A stretch of DNA of 64,000 nucleotides from a virus (taxonomy: Duplodnaviria > Heunggongvirae > Uroviricota > Caudoviricetes), in the IMG/VR virus record IMGVR_UViG_3300023371_000080. One strand, given 5' to 3'. Below are positions 44,201-53,661 of the stretch, one piece after another; within the stretch, counting starts at the first letter, position 1; every line of letters begins with the position of its first letter. The notes beneath the pieces were generated by a model. That model saw only the letters and a program-made list of their open reading frames with translations, did not search any database and was not told the origin of the DNA. The translations under genes and the position numbers were made by a program.

Positions 44201-45272
44201 ACAGATCTTTCTCCTCTCTATTACACAACACTATCTGTCTTCTAATGGGGCATCCACCACGACATTCGCACTGTCTACCGCAACCCTTGCAAGAATGTCT
44301 GAAATGATCACGAAAATCTTCAAATTGCTTACTATCCCAAGCATTCTGTACAGTGTCATTTGAAATATCATATGCCCATCTCATATCTTGATTGTCAAAA
44401 CTGCAAGGCAGCATCTTCATATCAGAAGTAATATAAGCAGACCATCTGCCACCCTCACAAGTGTCGAAACTATCTTCGTTGATATTAGATGTCATATTGA
44501 TGAGTGCAGGAACCGTGCAAGAGTCAAATCCAATCTTAAAATCAAACTGGTGCGTATCAATAATATGAAAGAACTCCTTTACTCTCTCATCTTCAATGTT
44601 CAGAACATTACTCTCCTGACCCAGTCCAACGGGCTTATGAAGCAGAAAGATAATTGCGTTAACACCCTTGGGAAAGTCATTATTCTTGAGCCTCTCAATT
44701 GCCTCGTCAATAGAGTTATTTCCCAATACATAATGAATATTAGTCTTTACTCCTGCATCTAAAAGCATCTGAATTGCCCTATAGGTATGCTCCTGGCGAT
44801 ACCAACTAATTGCCACTGCTCCACAAAGTTCCTTGCAGAGAGCCACAATCTCATCAGTAAATCCAAGACCAGAAGATGTGAAGTTGGGTACGATTTTATT
44901 GGCTCTGCAATATCTTAGAATCTTTTCAAAATCTTCGTGCTGGTCCACATCTCCACGTCCACCAAGAGCAAACTGAAATGTTTTACCTTTACACTCATCA
45001 ACAATTCTTTTGAAATTATCGAATGACATATTGGGAAACTTAGTCTTTAGTCCATTCTGATAACACTGAACGCCTGACTTAATACACAGGCCACTAGCGC
45101 CGTGAACACAATGTCCCATTACGCCGATATCTAACAATTCAGGGAAAGAAGTCATAAATGGATCTACTCCTGTATCCTTGCCGTCCTCAATAACTCCACT
45201 ACGCACATAAAATCCTGTGTCGGGATTAAACATAGATACGAACTTATTCTTCTTGTCAATTTTTCTAATCAT
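44172..45272 (-). CDS. Cys-rich enzyme with SPASM-type C-terminal Cys motif; putative non-canonical radical-SAM maturase
   Basis: N-terminal Cys cluster GHCVHGASGLCIKSGVQC followed ~35 aa later by GGE-like FALGGRGD; C-terminal CKGCGRQCECRGGC = Cx2Cx5Cx3C plus flanking Cys. Confidence 0.35.
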   Translation of the reverse strand: MIRKIDKKNKFVSMFNPDTGFYVRSGVIEDGKDTGVDPFMTSFPELLDIGVMGHCVHGASGLCIKSGVQCYQNGLKTKFPNMSFDNFKRIVDECKGKTFQFALGGRGDVDQHEDFEKILRYCRANKIVPNFTSSGLGFTDEIVALCKELCGAVAISWYRQEHTYRAIQMLLDAGVKTNIHYVLGNNSIDEAIERLKNNDFPKGVNAIIFLLHKPVGLGQESNVLNIEDERVKEFFHIIDTHQFDFKIGFDSCTVPALINMTSNINEDSFDTCEGGRWSAYITSDMKMLPCSFDNQDMRWAYDISNDTVQNAWDSKQFEDFRDHFRHSCKGCGRQCECRGGCPIRRQIVLCNREEKDLYESTQRFCD

Positions 45273-45302
45273 CTTTCGTTTCTCCTAATCATTTTGTCGT
45301 GC

Positions 45303-45337
45303 CATTATTATAATACAAATTCCTTAATTTGTCAAGG
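45303..45337 (-). promoter_or_regulatory. promoter with TTTACAAT repeats at 45343-45366
   Basis: minus strand TTGACAAATTAAGGAATTTGTATTATAAT. Confidence 0.5.
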
Positions 45338-45369
45338 TGGTTTGGGACTTATTTACAATTTATTTACAA

Positions 45370-46935
45370 TTACTGAATATATCCGTGCTTGAATTTCGCT
45401 TTTGCTGCGTCGCTCCAAAGTCCCCACGCGCCCTGGAACGAGAAAATATACCCTATACCAGTATCTGAACTAACCGCTCCAGATGAACGGCTCTTCTCAA
45501 TAAACACCGCTCTATACACCATATCGTCCTTTGGCTGCCATCCAACATTCTCCCATTGATTAGTATTCTTGTTTAATACCGTCTTGAAGGGATTGCAATA
45601 ATACTTGCTCGAAGGATCGAACTCCTCTTGATACATTGAACGACACAGAATCATCAAGTCGCATACCTCTTTAATCTGCTTACTCATTGATAATACTGAA
45701 CTATCAAGGAATAACTTGCCAAGCGTATTAATCGCAAGCTGAAGTGTACAAATTACTTGAGTTCCTGGATACTTACGAGAAAGTGTCTCAAATCTGCGGC
45801 TATCCTGAATAAGAGAAAGCCAGCTATTGTCATTGTTAGTTGAGAGGTCAATCTTAAATGTGTCATACACGCAAGTGTTTACACCTCTATTAAGAATATA
45901 CAGACGCATCTTCTTAATTGCCAAGCTTACATCACTATCTGGAATGCTAATAAAATAAAGTTGCCCCTTATATCTGTCTCTCCAATACTCCTGGGCCTTT
46001 GTGATGTATTCCCTGTCTTCCTTACTGATGTTTCCGTTTATCAGTTTAGTCTTTGTTAAGTTATAATAGTTGAAATGCTTAGTCAATATCAACAAAAGGA
46101 AGCCTATCTTAAACGCCTTAGATCTCTGCTCGTTGGAAATTATCATACATTTGCGACCCTCGTGCATCATCGACATAAGAATGCTAAGAACCATCGTCGT
46201 CTTACCTACGTTGGAATATCCACCGATGATAGTCATACCATCTGGAATGCCGTTGACCTGTTTCGAGAAATATCTTAAAGCTTCTACTGGATTCCCCATA
46301 CAATCATCATCGAAGTATTCAAATGGAGTTCCAGCCTCCTCTCCTCTTTCAAGAGATTCAATAAATTCATCCGTGATATCTAATTCTTCTTCTTCAAGAA
46401 CCTTACTTGAATACCCCGTGCCAAAACTTTCAAGTTTCGATGTGTACCAGTCGGTAACCTGTTCACTCGACATTCTAGTAAAAAGTCTCAATGGGTTAAT
46501 TGTTTTACCCTCATATTGGATAGGTTCAAGTAGATTAAAACCAAACTTGTGCATATCAATAATCATATTTGATTTCAGAAGATTGTCAAGGTAGCTCTCG
46601 TAGTTCTGATTATTCACGCAATCCGCCATATTCTTAATTGCCTTGAAACCACCGCTCTCTTCAAGCTTCTCTCTCACATCTTCTGATACATATGTTAAAA
46701 CGGACACCTCGTCAAACACCGTACACTTTTTATCTCTAAGTGTCTTCAAGATGCCGTAAATTAATCTCGCATCCTTTGTTAAAAATTTGGAGCTATCGAT
46801 ATTTGTGTCCTCTACCAGCAACATATCATTAACCATACTGCCAATCACGTTCGCCTCGATATTGACACGCCCCTCAAGTAATTCCTTGGGAATTTTCTCG
46901 GTAACTCCACTTATATATAAATTATTCATTAACAA
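45370..46935 (-). CDS. dnaB: replicative DNA helicase, DnaB-like
   Basis: Walker A GGYSNVGKTTMVLSIL, RecA-like C-terminal domain, 521 aa. Confidence 0.65.
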   Translation of the reverse strand: MLMNNLYISGVTEKIPKELLEGRVNIEANVIGSMVNDMLLVEDTNIDSSKFLTKDARLIYGILKTLRDKKCTVFDEVSVLTYVSEDVREKLEESGGFKAIKNMADCVNNQNYESYLDNLLKSNMIIDMHKFGFNLLEPIQYEGKTINPLRLFTRMSSEQVTDWYTSKLESFGTGYSSKVLEEEELDITDEFIESLERGEEAGTPFEYFDDDCMGNPVEALRYFSKQVNGIPDGMTIIGGYSNVGKTTMVLSILMSMMHEGRKCMIISNEQRSKAFKIGFLLLILTKHFNYYNLTKTKLINGNISKEDREYITKAQEYWRDRYKGQLYFISIPDSDVSLAIKKMRLYILNRGVNTCVYDTFKIDLSTNNDNSWLSLIQDSRRFETLSRKYPGTQVICTLQLAINTLGKLFLDSSVLSMSKQIKEVCDLMILCRSMYQEEFDPSSKYYCNPFKTVLNKNTNQWENVGWQPKDDMVYRAVFIEKSRSSGAVSSDTGIGYIFSFQGAWGLWSDAAKAKFKHGYIQ

Positions 46936-47426
46936 TCCTCCTCAAAATCCAAAAGAGCTTGTCTAGCTTTTGGCTTGTATTTTGTTTCATAGTGCTCTTC
47001 TACTACAACCTTAGGAGGAGCAACTTCTATTGTCTTCGGCTTAAACGCCTTAATTTTATTCCTAATAATCGCCGACAAATAGCGTATACGCGCGTACTCG
47101 GAAGACCCCAACCTAGCAATCGCCGAAGTTAAGTAATCCTTATTTTCTGCTAAGTACTTAGCGATTTTTGCGTTATCTGCGACCTTATTCCAGACCTGCC
47201 ATTCCTTGAACAACGCAGTGCTAATTATCTCCTTCTCGCCCATAATATCGCATATCAAACGATACACTTTATCCTTGTCTTCCTGGGCCTTTTTCTTACG
47301 CTCTTCTTCTGCCTCAAACTCAGAGGCTGAGCAAAAGTATTTGTTCTTATTATTCTTATCTGTGACTTTATATGCCGTCTTCGTGTCAAGCTCTGTGCCA
47401 CAGATTTTGCATTTGCATCTTGCCAT
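46929..47426 (-). CDS. zinc-ribbon hypothetical protein
   Basis: N-terminal CKCKICG, basic/acidic helices. Confidence 0.4.
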   Translation of the reverse strand: MARCKCKICGTELDTKTAYKVTDKNNKNKYFCSASEFEAEEERKKKAQEDKDKVYRLICDIMGEKEIISTALFKEWQVWNKVADNAKIAKYLAENKDYLTSAIARLGSSEYARIRYLSAIIRNKIKAFKPKTIEVAPPKVVVEEHYETKYKPKARQALLDFEEDC

Positions 47427-47438
47427 CTCAATCCCTCC

Positions 47439-47771
47439 TCAAACACGCTTATTAATCTGCCAATCCTTATATCCCATATCCTTATATGCCGCTCTTTTAG
47501 CTATCTCTGCCTTCGTGGCGTCCCAATGCTCATCACGAATATGATAACGAATGTCTGTAAACACCATGCCCATCTCTTCAAGCGTTTGTTTCACTCGTGA
47601 GGCCAAATGTCTGCCACTCATTTCTACGCCTTTAGCACCGATATGATACGAAGATTTAGGAACCGTAAATAGCAAAATAACACCCTCATCCACATCATCA
47701 AATTTATCAATTACAACGCCCATCTCCGCATAAGTAACGAGCATTGCTTTACCCATCATACCATTGTTCAT
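47439..47771 (-). CDS. hypothetical protein
   Basis: 110 aa. Confidence 0.4.
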   Translation of the reverse strand: MNNGMMGKAMLVTYAEMGVVIDKFDDVDEGVILLFTVPKSSYHIGAKGVEMSGRHLASRVKQTLEEMGMVFTDIRYHIRDEHWDATKAEIAKRAAYKDMGYKDWQINKRV

Positions 47772-47837
47772 CTCAAGTCTCTCCTTATGTCAAAAATAAG
47801 GAGTAGTGGCCCTGCCACCACTCCTATATATCAATTA

Positions 47838-49100
47838 TCAAACCTCGTCATTCAGTCCAAGAATTTCCTCGATGGCGTTGACATCACTAGTCTTCATCTC
47901 TGCAGAAAGCTTGTTGTTGTAATCTACAAGGTGCTTCTTAACCTTTGCCTTAGTAGTCGCGTCGCTCGCCTTGAATGCACTTCTAATTGCATTCAATCTA
48001 TCATCATCAAGAGTGATAACCACATCCTCGTCAGCAGTTTCTTCTTCCTCATTGAAGATGTCTTCATCATCAAGGTCAAAAGGCACATCGTCATCTGCTG
48101 CACCGTCTTCGCCCTTAGCAAGTGTTTCTTTAAGGGCTGCAAGAAGCTCCATATCTTCCTCATCGAGGCCTTCCTCGACTACGGGTTCTGCCTTCTTAGT
48201 GGTCTTCTTAGTCGTAGTCTTCTTGGTATCAGAAGTGGCACCGCCGTTCTTTCTTTCGGCTTCAATAGCATCCTTAATTGCCTGGATAAACTCATCGGGA
48301 TCAAGATTAATTTCATCGGTAATATACTTGAATCTACTCTTTGCATCTGCAACGAGTGCATCATCTCTGAACTTAATCTTACGAGTCTCGTCAATTACTG
48401 CCTTACGTTCCTTTTTCTTCTTGGTCATAGGATTAGCATCTCCTACTTCCTGCTTCTCGATGTTTCTATCAAAATATCCGAATCCAATTACATGGCTGGA
48501 GTTCTTGATGCTATTAAAATACTTCATAGGCATATTAGCAGTAAGAGAAGTATAATTGGCACCAGTAAACAGGTCAGACTGATCCTTCTCCTTAACGTGA
48601 GATGTCCAATAAGTCTTTACACCAACCTTCTCAAGTCTCGTAATTTCCTTCTTAACAGTATCAATAACACGGTCCATACCTTTTCCGAAGCCGCCCTCAA
48701 CACTATTGATGCTGGTAGCCTTTGTGAAATCTTTCTTACTAATATTCTCTCTATTCCATGCGTCGATGGTATATGCCTCTGCAATCTCAAATGCGGCATC
48801 AAGAGTATCGAGAACCACAACCTTGAGGTCTGGATAGTCCGAATCCTTATTTTTTACAATATCATCGACAACTTCCTTCATCTTCTTCCAAGTAGGAACG
48901 GGCTCTGCTACTACACCCTCGATTGCAGATACACCGTCCTCAGTACCCATATCTAACACGATATAGCCATCAGATCCAAACTCCTTCTCGCAAATCTGAT
49001 ACATCAGAGTTGTCTTACCAAACCCACTTGGGGCCATAATACCCACCATATAATCATTGATATTGGTACTTACACTAACTTTCTTTCCAAACTTACCCAT
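47838..49100 (-). CDS. Sak4-like RecA-fold ATPase (AAA_24 family) with long acidic C-terminal extension
   Basis: Walker A GIMAPSGFGKTT, Walker B VVVLDTLD; D/E-rich tail. Confidence 0.6.
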   Translation of the reverse strand: MGKFGKKVSVSTNINDYMVGIMAPSGFGKTTLMYQICEKEFGSDGYIVLDMGTEDGVSAIEGVVAEPVPTWKKMKEVVDDIVKNKDSDYPDLKVVVLDTLDAAFEIAEAYTIDAWNRENISKKDFTKATSINSVEGGFGKGMDRVIDTVKKEITRLEKVGVKTYWTSHVKEKDQSDLFTGANYTSLTANMPMKYFNSIKNSSHVIGFGYFDRNIEKQEVGDANPMTKKKKERKAVIDETRKIKFRDDALVADAKSRFKYITDEINLDPDEFIQAIKDAIEAERKNGGATSDTKKTTTKKTTKKAEPVVEEGLDEEDMELLAALKETLAKGEDGAADDDVPFDLDDEDIFNEEEETADEDVVITLDDDRLNAIRSAFKASDATTKAKVKKHLVDYNNKLSAEMKTSDVNAIEEILGLNDEV

Positions 49101-49135
49101 AATATTTATCTCCTTTTAATCATTTTGAATTGTTA

Positions 49136-50257
49136 TCAAATGTCATCATCAGAATCTTCATCGAAGATATCTACGGTCTCACTCTCTTCATCACTTACCA
49201 CGGGTAGTCTCTTAAGGTCTTCTTCAGTATAGACCGTGGCCTCGCTGCCCTTAGCACTGTTTCTCGCAAGAGACTGAATTCTGTACTCCGTAATTCTATC
49301 TCCATACATACTACCGCCGAGTGCCTTAATGGCGTCTTCGAGTTCAATAAGACCCATATCAATGTTGTCTCTGGTGTCTTCATCAAGATCGTCGTATGTA
49401 ATAGCCTGCTCTTCGGCACCATCAATCATCTGGCATACAAATCCACACTTTCTAACGGTCGCCTCATCATCAAATGCCGTCAACTTCTTCTTGAACGCCA
49501 GGGCCTTCTTCTCTGCCTTCTCATCGCCATTACCATTAATAACAAGAGTCATAGGTACAAATCTGTTTTCCTTGATAGAACTAAAGTAATAATCGGTATA
49601 ACAGTTGAAAAGCATCTTCTTATTCTCATCATAAGATTCGTCATCAATTGCGTCCTCGGTATAGAAGGTATTAATGGTCATTTCTGCCTTATAGGGTGTA
49701 TCATCCGCCACCTTGTACATCTTATCTACGGAAAGTGTTCTGTAGTACTGATCCTTGCTTTCGCTATACTGGAAGTCTACCGTACCAAGAATTCTAAACT
49801 TAGCATCTGTGTACTTGTCACTATCGATTACCTTCTTCACAAGCGCTGCGAATTCAGTTTTCTCAAGAAACTGGTGATTCTTCTTCTTTGCATCATCTTC
49901 CTTACCTTCGTCCTCAAGAGCCTTTCTTTCGTCAAAAGTCAGAAGATTGCAAGTGTAAATTTTAAATCCCGCCACCTTCTCAATAATTTCAGGATTCTTT
50001 CTGTCTTCCCATTTTACTTCAAGCTTCTCAGGCTTCTTGCCTGTTTCTGCTCTAGAGAAAGTCAGAATCTTATTCTTCTTGTCGTCCTTCCACTTACCGC
50101 CTCCGATTTCAAGCATAAAACGGTTGTTACCCGAAATTGCGTTAAAACGATATCTTGTGTTCTGCCATCCGCTATCAAAATCACGGACTTCAAACGCCTT
50201 AAATGTGTCGCCGTCCTTTACGGCCTTGAGTGTTGCAATAATTTCAAAATTTGCCAT
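49136..50257 (-). CDS. hypothetical protein, possible ssDNA-binding protein (acidic DDDI C-terminus)
   Basis: 373 aa, C-terminal DIFDEDSDDDI tail reminiscent of SSB tails; adjacent to Sak4-like gene. Confidence 0.3.
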   Translation of the reverse strand: MANFEIIATLKAVKDGDTFKAFEVRDFDSGWQNTRYRFNAISGNNRFMLEIGGGKWKDDKKNKILTFSRAETGKKPEKLEVKWEDRKNPEIIEKVAGFKIYTCNLLTFDERKALEDEGKEDDAKKKNHQFLEKTEFAALVKKVIDSDKYTDAKFRILGTVDFQYSESKDQYYRTLSVDKMYKVADDTPYKAEMTINTFYTEDAIDDESYDENKKMLFNCYTDYYFSSIKENRFVPMTLVINGNGDEKAEKKALAFKKKLTAFDDEATVRKCGFVCQMIDGAEEQAITYDDLDEDTRDNIDMGLIELEDAIKALGGSMYGDRITEYRIQSLARNSAKGSEATVYTEEDLKRLPVVSDEESETVDIFDEDSDDDI

Positions 50258-50299
50258 GTCTTTTAATCCTTTCTAATTTTAATCATTTTTTACTTGCTA

Positions 50300-50470
50300 T
50301 TAGCCCTACTAGTAAGCAGCGCCAACTTAACTTCGTCTGGTAGACTAGAGTTCTGTAACTCTTCATAAAAAATCTCAAGAGTACGGATTGTAATCTTGCA
50401 AGTTGCACGAATTTCATCTTCGAGCTCTGCCATATCTTCTGTGTCTAAATTAAAACCAAACATAATTTTT
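50300..50470 (-). CDS. small hypothetical acidic protein (56 aa)
   Basis: MFGFNLDTEDMAELEDEIRATCKITIRTLEIFYEELQNSSLPDEVKLALLTSRANSK*; preceded by AAAAGGAGAAAAAT RBS and leader motif. Confidence 0.3.
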
Positions 50471-50497
50471 CTCCTTTTAATTAATCATTTTGTATTG

Positions 50498-50710
50498 TTA
50501 ATTATAAAATCTTTCATCGAGCATTGTATCTCCATATAAGTAAACATCATCCTTATGCTCACCTATAAATAAATGTTTCGTACCATCCCTACACTTGGGA
50601 CAAAAAATCGGTTTTGTATATAAATCGTCGTCTGAGATCGACGCATCTTTGCTTTTAACTTGATGTAAATTGCCGCATCTAGTGCATTGCACCCAAACCT
50701 TATCCCCCAT
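50498..50710 (-). CDS. zinc-ribbon hypothetical protein
   Basis: CTRCGNLHQV .. CPKCRDG. Confidence 0.45.
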   Translation of the reverse strand: MGDKVWVQCTRCGNLHQVKSKDASISDDDLYTKPIFCPKCRDGTKHLFIGEHKDDVYLYGDTMLDERFYN

Positions 50711-50757
50711 AAATTAGCCCTCCTTTCGCAATAATCATTTTGTTTTCTGATTTCACA

Positions 50758-50791
50758 CATATTATAGCATAAAGAGAGCTTTTTGTCAATA
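50758..50791 (-). promoter_or_regulatory. promoter with TTTACA repeats at 50803-50822
   Basis: minus strand TTGACAAAAAGCTCTCTTTATGCTATAAT. Confidence 0.5.
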
Positions 50792-50806
50792 CCCTTTTAC
50801 CATTCT

Positions 50807-51064
50807 TTACATTTTATTTACAATTACCTCAATTCCTAATAAATCATCTCCCACCACAAACATATTCCCACTAGTGCAGAACTCGACTACCTTCTGCTTG
50901 TATACGAACAATTCAGTTCCCTTCACTACAATTCCAATCTTCTCGTCATCGTTTACCACCTGAAGCTCATCACACCCATATTGTTGCTCCCCAAACAGTA
51001 AATGCTTTAATGTCACCTTTCCACGTAGTCCTTGTAACTGATCCCATTCGTCATATTTTCTCAT
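50807..51064 (-). CDS. hypothetical protein
   Basis: 85 aa. Confidence 0.4.
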   Translation of the reverse strand: MRKYDEWDQLQGLRGKVTLKHLLFGEQQYGCDELQVVNDDEKIGIVVKGTELFVYKQKVVEFCTSGNMFVVGDDLLGIEVIVNKM

Positions 51065-51255
51065 CTGTATTTCCCTTTCGTCGATTAATAAATATTCTCA
51101 TGTAACATTATACACGAATGTTTGTTCGTTTTCAACCCACAGATTATGGTAAATTTAGGCAGTATTCGCCAAAATTATCAATATAAGTGGGATTACTACT
51201 AAAATACCCAATACAATTGCCCAGCTATGTCTTTCCCATTTCATTCATGTTCTCC

Positions 51256-51651
51256 TTAAACACAAGTCAAAATAACGTCCCTACAAGGAATATCCCATCT
51301 GTGCTTGTTTATCCAATCAATAATCCCCTGTAAATCAACTTCATCATTGTTGGTATAAATAATCAAATAATCATAATGTTTATCTTCAATAACAACCATT
51401 TTGAGAGTGTCCGAAATACATTCTAAAAAATCTTCCAAAGAATATTCTCTGCTATCCAAACCGATGCTATTAAAAATAACGGGATGATCATAATACATAA
51501 AACAGAGGCTGTTAGATTTGTCCATAAGAAAATCAACCACTCTACTTTTCCCATAATCACCTTTTAAAATCAACATTCTTTCTTTCTCCTTAATCATTTT
51601 GTATCGTTTTGTGTAGAAGAGGAAATTAATCCTCTTTAAAATATTGCTCAT
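51256..51651 (-). CDS. hypothetical protein
   Basis: 131 aa. Confidence 0.4.
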   Translation of the reverse strand: MSNILKRINFLFYTKRYKMIKEKERMLILKGDYGKSRVVDFLMDKSNSLCFMYYDHPVIFNSIGLDSREYSLEDFLECISDTLKMVVIEDKHYDYLIIYTNNDEVDLQGIIDWINKHRWDIPCRDVILTCV

Positions 51652-52573
51652 ATTTCTGAACTAATACCTGGCTTTGAAACGCAGTTAAAATGTCATACCT
51701 TCTCGCCAAGTCGCAAGCATGTTCTGTTTTCACATACTCTCTAAATGTCATACCCGTTTCTTTCATACCTTGTTGAAGATGCCATAATAGCCCGCTTGAT
51801 TGTAACCCCGTCGGCGATATCTTAACGTCAAGATCCTTTGAGATAAGTGCAAGTCTTCTCAACAGGAATCTGTATCTGCGCTCCATGTCACCCTCGCTAT
51901 TCCAATCTGAATTACTCGACAAGGCGTTTGCTCTTACCTTGTAGATGCCGTGAGAAACTACCTTTGCTACTCTTGCGGTCGAACCAAATGACATAAGTTC
52001 ATCCTCTTCGCAGGCACTTTTTAGCAACTCATAAGTCTCTTTATCTATAGGAATGCTCTTGCCTGTCTTGAAGTACACAACATAGTCGCTTGTGTCCACC
52101 TGTGAGATTTGGAAGAATGACAATTCTCTAAGCCACAATGATCCGAAACCTAAGAATAATGCTTCTATTATTGCCTTATCCGTGTAGTTTAACAAGTTCG
52201 CCTTAATATCATCTACATCTTCTCGGCTCAACACCATACTTTTCTGTTTCTCTGTGTCAACAACCGTTTCAAGCATATCCTTTGTAATTTTTTCATATGC
52301 GCTGTCGATGGCTCTACCACTCTTGTGACAGAACCATCTTGACGCATTCTTCAGTAATAAATTAGTGTTCTGCAACGATACTACCGAAACTGCGTGAGCA
52401 CTTTCGTACATTTCTAAGGCTTCGTTCGTGGTAAATTCATAAAACGGCTTCCCGAACCTCTTTTCGAACCCAACTGCCCTATTAAGCACTGCCCTTGTTG
52501 TCGTTTCTATTATTACTTTACTACGTTTGTACTCGGTTAAAAAGGCTTCAATGTCCTTTTCACTAGTATACAC
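51626..52573 (-). CDS. integrase-like / tyrosine-recombinase-related protein (divergent)
   Basis: 315 aa, adjacent to clear tyrosine recombinase; no clean R..HxxR..Y tetrad recognised. Confidence 0.3.
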   Translation of the reverse strand: MYTSEKDIEAFLTEYKRSKVIIETTTRAVLNRAVGFEKRFGKPFYEFTTNEALEMYESAHAVSVVSLQNTNLLLKNASRWFCHKSGRAIDSAYEKITKDMLETVVDTEKQKSMVLSREDVDDIKANLLNYTDKAIIEALFLGFGSLWLRELSFFQISQVDTSDYVVYFKTGKSIPIDKETYELLKSACEEDELMSFGSTARVAKVVSHGIYKVRANALSSNSDWNSEGDMERRYRFLLRRLALISKDLDVKISPTGLQSSGLLWHLQQGMKETGMTFREYVKTEHACDLARRYDILTAFQSQVLVQKYEQYFKED

Positions 52574-52659
52574 ATATATCGACTCCTTATTTTTTTATTT
52601 TGCTTTGCCATTATAACATAACAAAATGATTATTGCAATCATTTTGTGGTATGGAAATA

Positions 52660-53646
52660 TTAAAAGAGATTGCCATCCAACACGTTAGTTGCATTTTCCT
52701 TTTCCTTCTCTAATACTCCAACGTATCGAGTTGTGGTTTGAATATTCTCATGTCCTACCATTTCTTTAATAACCTGAATCGATACTCCTTGTGTGCTCAT
52801 TAGAGTGCACGCAGTTGCTCTCAATTTATGAGGAGTGATGTGTTTTCCTTTAATGGTTTTGGTATATTTTTCTACCAATTGTCCGATTGTATGGGTAGAA
52901 ATTCTTTCTTTAAGTTGACTTACAAACAAGGCATTCGTTTCTGCATCTGAAAAATACAATTCTCTATCTTTTAGCCAAGATAGCAGCAATCCTCTCATAT
53001 TTGTCCCAAACTGCACGTTCCTTGCTTTATTTCCTTTTTCTACAACTTTAATAGTATTGTTGGCAAAATCTATATCCTCTATGTTTATCTGAGTAAGGGC
53101 ACTATTTCTTAACCCCGTTGAAATAAATAAGGAAATAAGGGCCAAGTCTCTATTCAATAATTTTGTTCCAGCTTGCTCTTTAATGTTTTTAAATACTTCT
53201 TGTATCTCTTCTTGCGTCAAATAGGTTACTTTGTGTTCAGTTCTGATTTTTGGTCTCTTTGTTTTAGTCATAGGATTTTCTTTAATATAATCATTATTTA
53301 TAAGAAATATAAAAAATGTATTAAGAGCAGACCATCTGGTTGCTTGAATATCATCTCCTGTTCTGACGGTCTGGCCGTCTACATTTCTGGTTTGCAGCGA
53401 CACTAAATACTGCTTGATCGTTGGAGTTGTTACCTTTTTATAAAAATCCTCTTTTAAGCCGTCGTCAGATATATAATTCATAAATGATGCAACGTAATTA
53501 ATATAAGTGTCTATTGTATTAAATGATTTTCTGTCACCTCTCATGTCATTATAAAACTCCGTAAACACCTGAGGTAAATCGACCAGCTTATTTTCTATTT
53601 TTGTTCTCAGTCTGTCTTCTTTTTCTAATCTTCCGCTTGATGCCAT
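52660..53646 (-). CDS. tyrosine recombinase (XerC/D / phage integrase family)
   Basis: Catalytic region ITPHKLRAT .. GHENIQTTTRY (HxxR..Y); N-terminal core-binding-like domain. Confidence 0.75.
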   Translation of the reverse strand: MASSGRLEKEDRLRTKIENKLVDLPQVFTEFYNDMRGDRKSFNTIDTYINYVASFMNYISDDGLKEDFYKKVTTPTIKQYLVSLQTRNVDGQTVRTGDDIQATRWSALNTFFIFLINNDYIKENPMTKTKRPKIRTEHKVTYLTQEEIQEVFKNIKEQAGTKLLNRDLALISLFISTGLRNSALTQINIEDIDFANNTIKVVEKGNKARNVQFGTNMRGLLLSWLKDRELYFSDAETNALFVSQLKERISTHTIGQLVEKYTKTIKGKHITPHKLRATACTLMSTQGVSIQVIKEMVGHENIQTTTRYVGVLEKEKENATNVLDGNLF

Positions 53647-53661
53647 AATATATCCATCTCC

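Noticed and set aside
44172-45272. Calling the 366-aa protein a canonical CxxxCxxC radical SAM enzyme
   Set aside because: The N-terminal Cys spacing is Cx8Cx7C rather than CxxxCxxC. Only the SPASM-like C-terminal Cx2Cx5Cx3C and a GGE-like motif are clear, so it is reported as putative/non-canonical.
47787-48956. 389-aa plus-strand ORF (also 47971..48555) overlapping the Sak4-like gene
   Set aside because: Low-complexity Ser/Leu/Ile-rich translation antisense to a minus-strand gene with clear Walker A/B motifs. The whole region is minus-strand coding, so it was judged a spurious antisense ORF.
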